Below the pieces are notes generated by a model. It saw only the letters and a program-made list of their open reading frames with translations. It searched no databases and was not told where the DNA came from. Made by a program: the position numbers and the translations under genes. A DNA stretch of 64,000 nucleotides from an uncultured candidatus Porisulfidus sp. (GTDB lineage: Bacteria; Pseudomonadota; Gammaproteobacteria; Poriferisulfidales; Oxydemutatoraceae): NCBI GenBank assembly GCA_965215125.1, contig OZ244052.1:1984001-2048000 (forward strand). Reading direction: 5' to 3'. Shown piece after piece: positions 19,800 through 29,803 of this stretch (the first letter of the stretch is position 1; every line of letters begins with the position of its first letter).

Positions 19800-22700
19800 A
19801 TGGAACTAAAATCCTTAAAGCAGATGGTAGATAACTCAAGTGGTTTTTTGGGTATCAATCGAACAACGAATGAAGTTGAGGTTCAAAATGCACACTTTTT
19901 CGGAAGGCTCGTAGTATGGATACGCTATAAAACCAGTAGCAGTTATCGCCGAGGAATCACCGAAGCACAAAATCAAATTCAAGAAGCCATGATGTCGGAT
20001 AGTGTTTATGGCCAGTATTTCGTCAATAGAATAAGTCAAACCCCTCCCGAGTATTTGGCGTTGAATAAACCTATTTCGGTAAGGGCAATTCGTACTTTTA
20101 TAGCGGAAGTGGAGCATCATGCAGAGCAGGTGAAAAGAGCGGAAATTGCCAACGTACAAAGAGAGCGGAAACTTTCGGATCTAAGAGAGCGAATCGGCAA
20201 ATTGAGTGCGTGTAGCGGAAAAGACGAGGATAGCCGAGCGTTAGAGGCAAAAGTCGACACCATGCTAAAAGCAAAAATAGTAGCCGAACCGGGTATCGAT
20301 GCGGCAGATATAAATCGAGAGGGGATCGGTGAGCAACTTTATAAAGAGGTCGTTGCCGATGATGCCGAGCTTCTCGCAATAACCGACGAGCGACAGATGG
20401 AACCTTTAGTCGACAAGGTATTGTCCGACATTTTGGATCGGCGTGTCGGTGAAGCGAAGGGAAATCTACAGTCCGTACTACAAAAACGGTTATCCGAGGC
20501 GGCTTTACCGCCCGAAACCCGACAGACGGTTGAAGATGCCATTCATACATCGCAAATAGTCGACGAAGCCGGGCTGAACGCACACATCAATAAGATAATT
20601 TTACAACTACATGAAAAGGATTTTGACGGCATGTTGGATTCGGCTTGCACGAAATATGGCTTTAAGAAAGAGATTTTTAATTCGCACGATATAAAGCAGT
20701 CTTTGCCGGCTTATTTACTTGGACGAGCCGATCAAAGATTATCGTTTGCCTCGGTTCCCGAACATGCGATGGATTTTTTCCGCGAGCAGGGGGAAAGAAA
20801 AAGAGCCGAGGCGGAAGTGTGGATAGCTAAGTGGATCGGCACCGACGGCACACCGGTCGCCCGAGAGAAATTTAAGGCACGTTTGGATAAGATGTTTGGC
20901 GATAAGATTGTCGACGAACCGGGATTAACCTCCCGCAATGTGTTGCTGTATCAAGTAGATGAAGAGATAAACCGAGCAGCGACGGATCATTTGACCGAGA
21001 TAGCTACCGAAGCACGGGCGAGCGAATTGGTGAACACGCTTATGTCCGGTGTTTTGGATAAGCGCATTGCCGAAGCACGACTCAAGTTGCAAGCGAGATT
21101 AAAAGAACGTCTGTCTGAATTTGGTGGCTTGCCGACACAGATCCACGATGAGATAGAAACCGAGATTGACGGTATGAATATAACCACTTATCCGCAACTA
21201 AATGAACGCGTCATAAATATCTTTTTGCAAAAGATAGACGGTGAGTTTAACGATATAGTGAGAGAAATATCCAGAAAATATGGTTTTAGTCGACATGTAC
21301 TTGCCGATTCTCAAACCAAAGCGCAGTTGCTGAAATATCTAAAAGGTGATTTGACGGAGTATGCCGAAGATAGGGTATTCGCGCTTACATTCACACTGGC
21401 GCGCAGCAAGGCTATCGAGCACCTTTATCGGCAGAGAGTTGACTTGGTCGATGCATGGGTGAGGCGGTGGAGCGGTGTGGACGGCAATCCCGATGGGCGC
21501 AAGCTACTTGCAGATGAATTGGATAAATTGCAGGTCTCCGATAATCTCAAAGGTATTTCCGTAGAAAATATCGGGGGTGAAATTAGTCGGGAGATTTTAG
21601 GCAATCCTAAAGATGTTGCCGCGATAGAATCCGAAGAGGATGCTAAAGCAATCTTGCTAAATAAGCTATCTAATATGTTGAAACCTCGTATAGAGCAGGC
21701 GCGTTTGGACTCTCAGACAAAATTATACCGACGCGCACAAGAAGCCAAACTACCTTATGACGACTATATGAATTTGGAGAATGAGATTGCTTTATCCAAG
21801 ATTACGACGATGGAGCAATTGAATCGTGTCATTGAGGACGCGGTGATTAAAGAAATTGATTCGGAATTTGATACTTTGTTTAAGCGAGTCAAAGATGGAT
21901 ATGAATTTCAGGAAGAGCTTGCTTCGTCGGCGATGATTAAAGCACAAGTTCGGCAACAGCTCGTCAAACAAACTACATCGGAGACGATATCGGTAGATAC
22001 GGCTCGCAATCAGGCGATTGAATTATTGGAACGGTGGTTGAATGCTAAAGCAGAGGCATTGGATGCTATCAAACCAAGTCGCTTGCCCGGTACCGAAACA
22101 TTGCTTAGGAATCTCGTATTGCAGGAACCCTATATGATTAAAGATCAAGTTGAAGAGTTGCAACAAGCAATTAATCGAACCATGGATGACGCTTATAGGA
22201 AATATGCCGATAGCGATGAAGCTAAAACTATCGAGCCGAAGCATGTGTTTTCTAGGTTGGAGCAATCGAAACATCGCGATACCCTAATCGAGAAATTAAG
22301 CACGATGGTAAAACAAACGACAAAACCTGCATCGATGTTTGACAACGAGGCTTGGCATATAGACGGCATGACTACTGCGGTGCAAGCGCATATAGCGGAT
22401 GTAGTCCGACCTCGGATTGAAGCCTCTAGGCAAGTGGGTCAACTAAGGAAACAAGTTCCGGATTCTGTCTACCAAACGGCAAGAACAACCCTCGTAGAAC
22501 AAGATATTAACTGGGGAGACGATTTTATCGCAACCGTAAACGGTTCATACATTAACACTTTGAAAGACGATAATAATGCCGGACTTTACGCACTATTACA
22601 GACACCGGAGGTTGCGCAACGAGAGATAGGCACCAAGTCGGATCAAACACCGTTCACATTTAAGGATTTAGTTGAGTCCACGCTAACAAAGAAAAAAGAT

Positions 22701-22955
22701 ATCCAGAAGCCTAAGAAAATACATCAAGCAATAGATAAACTCGTTCCCCTCGAAGCAAAGAATGAGCTACTTCAGGGCATAGAAAATGATCTAAGGCAGG
22801 TACGAAATAGAGTAATAGACCAACATGCCGCCGACCAACTATTTCAAGCCTGTGTAATCGGTATGTTGCAAAATGCAGAAATAAACTTTGAAGCCAAAAA
22901 ACTAAACTTCAAGCAACGACTTCCGACCCGCCCACATTATGAAACAACCGTATAA
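19800..22955 (+). CDS. hypothetical helical protein, paralog 3 with triplicated central domain (candidate secreted effector)
   Basis: 1051 aa, GAGGAGG RBS, same N- and C-domains as paralogs 1 and 2; ends YETTV. Confidence 0.8.
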   Translation: MELKSLKQMVDNSSGFLGINRTTNEVEVQNAHFFGRLVVWIRYKTSSSYRRGITEAQNQIQEAMMSDSVYGQYFVNRISQTPPEYLALNKPISVRAIRTFIAEVEHHAEQVKRAEIANVQRERKLSDLRERIGKLSACSGKDEDSRALEAKVDTMLKAKIVAEPGIDAADINREGIGEQLYKEVVADDAELLAITDERQMEPLVDKVLSDILDRRVGEAKGNLQSVLQKRLSEAALPPETRQTVEDAIHTSQIVDEAGLNAHINKIILQLHEKDFDGMLDSACTKYGFKKEIFNSHDIKQSLPAYLLGRADQRLSFASVPEHAMDFFREQGERKRAEAEVWIAKWIGTDGTPVAREKFKARLDKMFGDKIVDEPGLTSRNVLLYQVDEEINRAATDHLTEIATEARASELVNTLMSGVLDKRIAEARLKLQARLKERLSEFGGLPTQIHDEIETEIDGMNITTYPQLNERVINIFLQKIDGEFNDIVREISRKYGFSRHVLADSQTKAQLLKYLKGDLTEYAEDRVFALTFTLARSKAIEHLYRQRVDLVDAWVRRWSGVDGNPDGRKLLADELDKLQVSDNLKGISVENIGGEISREILGNPKDVAAIESEEDAKAILLNKLSNMLKPRIEQARLDSQTKLYRRAQEAKLPYDDYMNLENEIALSKITTMEQLNRVIEDAVIKEIDSEFDTLFKRVKDGYEFQEELASSAMIKAQVRQQLVKQTTSETISVDTARNQAIELLERWLNAKAEALDAIKPSRLPGTETLLRNLVLQEPYMIKDQVEELQQAINRTMDDAYRKYADSDEAKTIEPKHVFSRLEQSKHRDTLIEKLSTMVKQTTKPASMFDNEAWHIDGMTTAVQAHIADVVRPRIEASRQVGQLRKQVPDSVYQTARTTLVEQDINWGDDFIATVNGSYINTLKDDNNAGLYALLQTPEVAQREIGTKSDQTPFTFKDLVESTLTKKKDIQKPKKIHQAIDKLVPLEAKNELLQGIENDLRQVRNRVIDQHAADQLFQACVIGMLQNAEINFEAKKLNFKQRLPTRPHYETTV

Positions 22956-22963
22956 CCTACCGG

Positions 22964-23129
22964 CTCCATTCCCCTCCACAGGAGGGGTGGCCTATGCATT
23001 TTGCAATGCATGCGTTTAGCAGTCATGTTGAGGTTCTGAACGAAGTCACGCCGATTGAGCCAGTAGGTCAATCGGCAATTCAATTGAAGTCCGCCCCTAC
23101 GGTGTATGAAATACTTTTTCAACAGCCCC
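22964..23129. repeat. composite repeat cluster ending in a MITE-type terminal repeat
   Basis: 23049-23129 matches 15704-15784 at 80 of 81 bases; the 5' part is an inverted copy of about 9600-9712. Confidence 0.9.
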
Positions 23130-23202
23130 CACGCAATGCACCCGCGCACAATACATTTTTAAGATATGGTAGAATTAAACTTTTAACTAGGAATAAACAG
23201 AG

Positions 23203-23421
23203 ATGTCGGAAATAGCACTTTACAACGCATTAACGAAATTAGGACTAAACCATGACGAAGCAAAGGAGGCAGTTACGGATGTTGCGAGTTCAAGGGATGT
23301 GGCTACGAAGGAATATCTAAAAGCAGAGATAGCAAATTTAGAAACTAGGCTAACAAATCGAATATATGCAGTCGCCGGGATAATCATTGCATCGGTTGGA
23401 TTGATGATAAGGTTTTTATAA
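23203..23421 (+). CDS. small DUF1640-like protein with C-terminal transmembrane helix
   Basis: LYNALTKLG...EAKEA...VATKEYLKAEIANLETRL followed by a hydrophobic tail. Confidence 0.65.
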   Translation: MSEIALYNALTKLGLNHDEAKEAVTDVASSRDVATKEYLKAEIANLETRLTNRIYAVAGIIIASVGLMIRFL

Positions 23422-23509
23422 AACCACTGCATGATATTCAGTGCAGTCATAATCAAATAATAGACTAGCAATCAATACTGAAAATATTTGGAGTTGTTGA
23501 GTCTAAATC

Positions 23510-23668
23510 AGTACATTCCCCTGCGAAGGAGGGGAATAAACCACCCCATGAAAAGGTTTTACATTTTGTAATATGTACTAAGATTCTGCACAACGTTACG
23601 CCGATTGACCTACTGGCTCAATCGGCGGTTCTGTTGCGCCTGCCACCCCTCCACAGGAGGGGAATGGA
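23510..23668. repeat. degenerate composite repeat cluster
   Basis: Contains ttcccctgcgaaggaggggaa, gccgattgacctactggctcaatcggc and cccctccacaggagggg hairpins. Confidence 0.8.
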
Positions 23669-23738
23669 TCTGCACTTGTGTTTTGTTGCAATTTTTAATA
23701 TCATAGGCTTGTTATTTAACATCGGCTAACTTTTCGGA

Positions 23739-23764
23739 AGGCTCCTTCAAGGAGCTTTTTTATT
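23739..23764 (+). terminator. hairpin plus U-tract in the rimP leader (terminator/attenuator-like)
   Basis: gctcc-ttcaa-ggagc followed by tttttt, about 40 bp before rimP. Confidence 0.5.
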
Positions 23765-23801
23765 ATGTGTCGGTTGGTTTAGCTAAACATCGTGTAACGA
23801 G

Positions 23802-24299
23802 GTGAACACTATGAGGAGCGTGGACGATTTATCATCCATTATAAGACCTGCAGTTGAGTGTATGGGATATATTTACTGGGGTCTTCAGTTTAACGGGTAC
23901 GGACGGCGTTCCGTGTTGCGGATCTATATAGACCATCCTGACGGTATCACGCTTGACGATTGTTCTGTCGTCAGTAATCAGATAAGCGGCGTATTGGATG
24001 TAGAAGATCTAATGAGACAAGCGTATACCTTAGAGGTTTCGTCGCCCGGAATAGAACGGCCTTTATTGAGTAACAAACATTATGAACTATACATAGGAGC
24101 TATGATAAAAGTGAAAAGCTATACATCTTTTAATAATAGGAAAAATTTTACCGGCCGTCTAGAAGCGGCGAGTGCGAACTCTATTACTCTGAAAATAGAG
24201 CAAGAATCAATTGATATTCCTTATGGTGCAATCAAACAGGGTCGTTTGCTTTGCGAAGAGTGGGATTATTCCGAAAAGAGGAAAAGCGATGCAAAGTAA
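23802..24299 (+). CDS. rimP: ribosome maturation factor RimP
   Basis: LRIYID, DDC, YTLEVSSPGIERPL; upstream of nusA. Confidence 0.95.
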   Translation: MNTMRSVDDLSSIIRPAVECMGYIYWGLQFNGYGRRSVLRIYIDHPDGITLDDCSVVSNQISGVLDVEDLMRQAYTLEVSSPGIERPLLSNKHYELYIGAMIKVKSYTSFNNRKNFTGRLEAASANSITLKIEQESIDIPYGAIKQGRLLCEEWDYSEKRKSDAK

Positions 24300-25782
24300 T
24301 GAAATTTTACGCGTTGTAGAAGCCGTGCAAAACGAAAAAAATGTGGCGGCAGAGGATGTTTTTGAAGCCTTGGAGTCGGCACTGGCTGTGGCTGCCCGTA
24401 GAAAATTAGATCATAATGTAGATATTTGTGTAGAGATAGATCGTAAAACCGGAGAGTATAACACCTATAGGCGGTGGCATGTGATTGATGATGACGATGA
24501 GAATTTCACCTCTTCGGATCATCAAATCCTCTTGAGTTCGGCAAGACAAGACGACGAGTCCTTGAACCCCGGCGATTATTTGGAGAAGCAGATTGAAAAT
24601 GCGCCTTTCGGTCGTATCTCTGCGCATACTGCCAAGCAAGTTATAGTCCAAAAATTGCGCGAAGCTGAGCGTACGCGTATTGTCTCTTTGTATAAAGACA
24701 AAGTTGGGACTTTGATTATGGGCAATGCCAAACGAGATGATTATACCGGCCTCTATTTAGATTTAGGAAGCAACGGAGAAGGATTTATACCGCGTAGCGA
24801 TTTAATTCCCAGAGATACCATACGCCCCGGTCAACGCGTACGTGCTTACTTAAAGGAAGTACGCGAAGAAATGCGTGGACCACAACTGATTATGTCTCGC
24901 ACCGCACCGGAATTTCTGATCAGGTTGTTTGAACTTGAAGTGCCGGAAGTAGGGCAAGGGTTAATAGAGATCATAGGTGCATCGCGCGATCCCGGTCTAC
25001 GCGCTAAAATTGCCGTACATTCCAAAGACTCGCGTCTGGACCCGGTAGGTGCTTGTGTCGGAATGCGCGGGGCGCGTGTACAAGCGGTGTCCAATGAGTT
25101 AGCGGGAGAACGCGTTGACATCATTTCTTGGGATGAGGATTTCGGTAAATATGTAGTCAATGTGATGGCACCTGCTGCAATCACTTCTATCGTGGTGGAA
25201 GAGGAATCACAGCAAATAGATATTATAGTGGAGGAAGAAAAACTTTCCCAAGTCATCGGGCGTGGTGGGCAGAATGTACGATTGGCGAGCCAGCTATTAG
25301 GATGGAAATTGAATGTTATCAGCACCCAACAGGCAGAAGACAAAAGCGAATACGAAATACAGAATGTGGTTGAATTATTTAATGAGAAACTCGATGTAGA
25401 CAAAGAAGTTGCGGAAATTTTGGTCGACGAAGGCTTTGACAGCATGGAAGCGATTGCGTATGCCGAAACCGAAAAATTGCTCGCCATCAAAGAGTTTGAC
25501 GAACAGCTTGTAGAAGATCTAAAAAGTCGTGCAAGCGATGCCATGTTGGCGATGGTTTTATCAGATGAAGACGAACCCGTCGACAACGAGTTAAGCAATC
25601 TTCGGAGTGTAGATCAGTCGTTGCTCCTAAAACTAAAGGAACACAACATCACCAATCGAGAAGAATTAGCGGAGCAGGCGGTAGACGATCTATTAGAAAT
25701 AGAGGGTATAGATAAAAATAAAGCGGCAGAACTCATTATGGAAGCGAGGACGCCTTGGTTTCAGAATGTCGAGGGTAGCTAA
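24289..25782 (+). CDS. nusA: transcription termination/antitermination factor NusA
   Basis: EILRVVEAVQNEK, FGRI, LEVPE, DPVGACVGMRG, IGRGGQNVRLAS. Start reassigned to ATG 24289. Confidence 0.96.
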   Translation: MQSNEILRVVEAVQNEKNVAAEDVFEALESALAVAARRKLDHNVDICVEIDRKTGEYNTYRRWHVIDDDDENFTSSDHQILLSSARQDDESLNPGDYLEKQIENAPFGRISAHTAKQVIVQKLREAERTRIVSLYKDKVGTLIMGNAKRDDYTGLYLDLGSNGEGFIPRSDLIPRDTIRPGQRVRAYLKEVREEMRGPQLIMSRTAPEFLIRLFELEVPEVGQGLIEIIGASRDPGLRAKIAVHSKDSRLDPVGACVGMRGARVQAVSNELAGERVDIISWDEDFGKYVVNVMAPAAITSIVVEEESQQIDIIVEEEKLSQVIGRGGQNVRLASQLLGWKLNVISTQQAEDKSEYEIQNVVELFNEKLDVDKEVAEILVDEGFDSMEAIAYAETEKLLAIKEFDEQLVEDLKSRASDAMLAMVLSDEDEPVDNELSNLRSVDQSLLLKLKEHNITNREELAEQAVDDLLEIEGIDKNKAAELIMEARTPWFQNVEGS

Positions 25783-25785
25783 AAG

Positions 25786-28197
25786 ATGTCGGAAACCGTT
25801 GAGAAATTATCTCAAAGCCTAAAGAAATCGCCCAGCGAGACAGTCAAGATTCTCAAAGCTGCGGGCATAGTCGGCAAGAAAGCGGGGGACACGCTTTCTC
25901 ACGACGAGAAAATGCAAGTAATACAGTATTTAGGTAAAGGTAGGCGAGTCGGTCGTCCCCAAAGTAGCACTTCGCAAGTCAAAATCATGCAGGGTCAATC
26001 GGCTAAAACAGTCAATGTGGAGGTTCGTAAAAAAACTACTTATGAAAAACCTAAAGCACCGCCGCCGCCTGCTAAAAAACCAAAAATCGCACAAGTTGAA
26101 AAGAAAGATACCGTTAAGACGGTAAGAAAAAAATCGTCGCAAATAACGATTCCTCAAATACCCGAAGTCGAAGAAAGCAAAGCCGAGAAAAAAACGAAGG
26201 CCGAAAGTAAATCAAACAAACAAACAAAAGCCAAATCCACAAAAAAATCTACGGAACCCTCAATCACCGAAGCCGGAAAAGCCAAAATAATCGACCTAGT
26301 CGCCGCGCAACAAGAAAAACCGCGTAAGCGATTGAGTATCGCGAGCGATAAAAGCGGCAAACGAACGATCAGAAGACACGGCAGACAAGCGGTTAAAGTA
26401 ACACCATCCCAGAAACACAGGTTTGAAAAACCCACTCAACAAGTAAAACGCGAAATGGTCATTCCCGAACATATATCGGTACCCGATTTGGCGCAAGGTC
26501 TGGCAATCAAGAGCGGTGAACTCGTTAAAAAAATGATGGATATGGGCATTATGACGACTATCAACCAATCGCTGGATCAAGATACCGCAATATTGATAGT
26601 AGAAGAATTAGGGCATCGCGCAGTTGCCGAGAAGCGCGAGGATGCAGAGATGGGATTGGTAAATAAATTGGACGACGAAAACTTGGAAAAGTTTTCTCGC
26701 CCCCCTGTCGTTGTAGTAATGGGGCATGTAGATCATGGTAAAACATCGTTGCTCGATTATATACGTAGTGCCAAAGTGCACAGCAACGAAGCGGGCGGTA
26801 TTACACAACATATAGGCGCGTATCATGTGGAAACCGATAAGGGGGTAATCACCTTCTTGGATACGCCCGGCCATGCCGCATTTACGGCGATGCGCGCCCG
26901 AGGTGTCGAGGTGACCGATGTTGCCGTTTTAGTAGTCGCCGCCGACGACGGCGTGATGCCGCAGACCGTAGAAGCGATAGAACATGCCCGAGAAGCTAAG
27001 ATACCGGTCATAGTCGCGTTTACAAAAATAGATAAAGAAGGTGTGGACACCGAGAAAATAAAAAGTGAACTTGCCAAACACGATATCGTATCCGAAGCAT
27101 GGGGAGGGGACAATATCCTCGTTGAGGTTTCATCTAAAAGCGGTCAAGGTATAGACGAACTATTAGATGCAATCTCACTGCAAGCCGAAGTTATGGAGCT
27201 CAAGGCACCGATTTCGGGGAATGCGCAAGGTGCAGTGATAGAAGCTACATTGGATAAAGGACGCGGCGTTATCACAACGGTTTTAGTCAAGCGGGGTGTG
27301 TTAAAGAAAGGCGATATTCTATTGGCAGGTATGGAATTCGGTCGAGTGCGTGCGATACTGGATGAACGCGGTAATACGCTTTCCGAAGCCAGCCCTTCCA
27401 TACCGGCCGGGGTCTTGGGACTTTCCGGTGCGCCGTCGGCGGGCGACGAGTTCATCGTCGTAGAGAACGAGCGTCAAGCAAGAGATGTCGTCGATTTACG
27501 CCGTCAAAAAGAACGCAACAAACACTTGGCTCGCACTCCGGTTGTGCACCTCGATAACTTCATAAAGGATGCGAAACAAGCTGTGCAATCGATCAATATA
27601 TTGCTCAAAGCGGATACCCGCGGGACTGCCGAAGCCATACAAGATGCCCTTTCTAAAATTCCCGGCGATGAGGTGAAAGTCAACATGTTATCTACCGGTG
27701 TGGGCGGTATTAATGTCTCCGATGTCAACTTGGCGGCGGCCTCCAAGGCGATGGTGATAGGATTCAATGTGCGAGCCGATGCACAGGCGCGCAGAGCAGC
27801 CGAGGCGCAAGGTATAGCGATGAACTATTACAGCATTATCTACGAATTGATAGATAGTGTTAAGGAGATGATGGGCGGTTTGTTGGAACCCGTTATCAAA
27901 GAAGAAATTGTAGGCATCGCCCAAGTCAAGGATATCTTCCGCTCGTCAACGCTCGGGGTAGTCGCAGGTTGTCAGGTGATAGAAGGCACGGTACGACATG
28001 GCAATCCAATCCGTGTATTGCGAGACAATATTGTTATTTACGAAGGAGAGCTAGAGTCGTTACGCCGCTTCAAGGATGATGTGAAAGAAGTCAAAGTGGG
28101 AACCGAGTGTGGCATTGCCGTCAAAGACTACAACGATGTTAAATTAGACGATCAAATAGAAGTTTTTCAACGGGCGGAAATGCGAAGGAGCCTGTGA
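25786..28197 (+). CDS. infB: translation initiation factor IF-2
   Basis: [40 protein letters not shown]. Confidence 0.98.
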   Translation: MSETVEKLSQSLKKSPSETVKILKAAGIVGKKAGDTLSHDEKMQVIQYLGKGRRVGRPQSSTSQVKIMQGQSAKTVNVEVRKKTTYEKPKAPPPPAKKPKIAQVEKKDTVKTVRKKSSQITIPQIPEVEESKAEKKTKAESKSNKQTKAKSTKKSTEPSITEAGKAKIIDLVAAQQEKPRKRLSIASDKSGKRTIRRHGRQAVKVTPSQKHRFEKPTQQVKREMVIPEHISVPDLAQGLAIKSGELVKKMMDMGIMTTINQSLDQDTAILIVEELGHRAVAEKREDAEMGLVNKLDDENLEKFSRPPVVVVMGHVDHGKTSLLDYIRSAKVHSNEAGGITQHIGAYHVETDKGVITFLDTPGHAAFTAMRARGVEVTDVAVLVVAADDGVMPQTVEAIEHAREAKIPVIVAFTKIDKEGVDTEKIKSELAKHDIVSEAWGGDNILVEVSSKSGQGIDELLDAISLQAEVMELKAPISGNAQGAVIEATLDKGRGVITTVLVKRGVLKKGDILLAGMEFGRVRAILDERGNTLSEASPSIPAGVLGLSGAPSAGDEFIVVENERQARDVVDLRRQKERNKHLARTPVVHLDNFIKDAKQAVQSINILLKADTRGTAEAIQDALSKIPGDEVKVNMLSTGVGGINVSDVNLAAASKAMVIGFNVRADAQARRAAEAQGIAMNYYSIIYELIDSVKEMMGGLLEPVIKEEIVGIAQVKDIFRSSTLGVVAGCQVIEGTVRHGNPIRVLRDNIVIYEGELESLRRFKDDVKEVKVGTECGIAVKDYNDVKLDDQIEVFQRAEMRRSL

Positions 28198-28541
28198 TGG
28201 CTACCGTTTTATACCGTCCTTTGCGGGTTGCAGGGTTGCTCAAGCGGGAAATCGCTATGGTGTTACGCAGTAAAATTAACGATCCGCGTTTGCACCGAAT
28301 CATCGTAACCGATGTAGAAGTGAGTAGGGGTTGCTCGCATGCAAAAGTTTATATCTCGGTACCCGAACCGGAAGACGAACAACAAATACTAAAAGCCGTT
28401 AACGGCGCAGCCGGGTTCATTAGAAGCAATTTGTCGTCGAGTCTGGAGCTGAAGTTTATGCCGAAGCTCAGTTTTAAGATCGACAACTCATACGAACAAG
28501 GAAAACGTATAGACGACATACTCGGGAATGTGTTCGAATAA
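28194..28541 (+). CDS. rbfA: ribosome-binding factor A
   Basis: DPRL, VTDVEVS, AKVY, AAGFIR, PKLSF; follows infB. Confidence 0.93.
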   Translation: MMATVLYRPLRVAGLLKREIAMVLRSKINDPRLHRIIVTDVEVSRGCSHAKVYISVPEPEDEQQILKAVNGAAGFIRSNLSSSLELKFMPKLSFKIDNSYEQGKRIDDILGNVFE

Positions 28542-28559
28542 CGGCATGTCGTATCATTC

Positions 28560-28883
28560 CCAAAATACCGTTTTGCATGAATATTATGATTACCCACCCA
28601 ATTTATGTTTACCTACCGTAGGGGCAGACTTGTATGTCTACCCTAAAGTACCGGTCTGCATGAACCCAACCGCTTGCGCTACCCGATAATGGTTTCCACA
28701 TTTAACAACCACCCCGTCAGGCTGAATAGAACCGCCGATTGAACCAATAGGTCAATCGGCGTGACATTATGCAGAACCTAAACATGATTGCTAAACGCAT
28801 ACATTGCAAAATGCATAGGCCACCCCTTCGAAGGAGGGGAATGTACCGTCCCTACGGTTCGTGGATACTTTTTCAACAGCCCC
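28560..28883. repeat. MITE-like composite repeat between rbfA and truB
   Basis: Contains REP 28618-28644 and a CCGATTGA hairpin; right end TTTTTCAACAGCCCC; largely an inverted copy of 46175-46482. Confidence 0.85.
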
Positions 28884-29762
28884 ATGTCAAATCATTGTGA
28901 AGCCTCGGTAGACAATATTTTATTGTTGCTTTACAAACCCACCGCAATCAGTTCTTGTCAAGCGGTTGAGCAAGTCAAACGGCGGTTGCGTGTTAAGAAG
29001 GCCGGTCATGCCGGCACCTTGGATCCTTTTGCAGAGGGTTTGCTAATCGTCGCATTGGGTAAAGCAACCCGCGCATTAACCGATTTAAGTAATCGGTATA
29101 AATGTTACGAAGTGCGGCTAAAGTTAGGTTTGCGTACTACAACCGGTGATTGCGAAGGTGAGATTATCGAGCGTCGGGATTTTATAATGCCTAAGGCGAG
29201 CGTCCTAAACGATGTATTTTCCGATTTCATCGGCGAGATAGAACAAATCCCACCAATGTATTCGGCACTCAAACATCGAGGTCAACGGCTATATAAATTA
29301 GCGCGTGCTCATATCTCTGTTCCTAGAAGCAAACGCAAAGTGCACATTCGTTCTTTGACACTGCGGCAGATTAACGACGACGGTTTTAGTTTTAAGGTGG
29401 AGTGTTCCAAAGGTACTTATATACGCACTTTAGTAGAAGATATAGCAGCCGCACTGGATACCGTCGCCTATACCCACAGCCTGAAACGCACTGCGATAGG
29501 TGCTTTTGATATTGCGTCCGCCATATCGCTCGATTGCTTAGAACGAGACCCCGATCCACAATCGGCATATCTAATTGATCCGGCTCAGGTTTATTCGCAC
29601 TTTCAAGCCTATATAATGAATGAAGAATCGGCAAAATACTTTAAGCACGGCCGTTACGGCAGGCGGATACTGCCGTCGGGCGGACGTTTTAGACTGTACA
29701 ATGAAGCGGGTGATTTTTTGGGTATAGGCGGAGACGGCAAGGTATATGCTAGATTCGTTTGA
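28884..29762 (+). CDS. truB: tRNA pseudouridine(55) synthase
   Basis: KAGHAGTLDPFAEGLL, QIPPMYSALK, CSKGTYIRTL. Likely start at 28884 or just downstream, since the upstream in-frame part is repeat-derived. Confidence 0.94.
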   Translation: MSNHCEASVDNILLLLYKPTAISSCQAVEQVKRRLRVKKAGHAGTLDPFAEGLLIVALGKATRALTDLSNRYKCYEVRLKLGLRTTTGDCEGEIIERRDFIMPKASVLNDVFSDFIGEIEQIPPMYSALKHRGQRLYKLARAHISVPRSKRKVHIRSLTLRQINDDGFSFKVECSKGTYIRTLVEDIAAALDTVAYTHSLKRTAIGAFDIASAISLDCLERDPDPQSAYLIDPAQVYSHFQAYIMNEESAKYFKHGRYGRRILPSGGRFRLYNEAGDFLGIGGDGKVYARFV

Positions 29763-29803
29763 GTTGGATTATACGATGGTGATTTATAGCTATAAATTGG
29801 GCA

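Noticed and set aside
23203-23421. Prophage remnant suggested by a DUF1640-like gene
   Set aside because: No integrase, structural or replication phage genes nearby.
24846-25598. Long antisense ORFs over nusA and other genes (e.g. 8737-9333, 44871-45647)
   Set aside because: Shadow frames of well-supported genes on the opposite strand.
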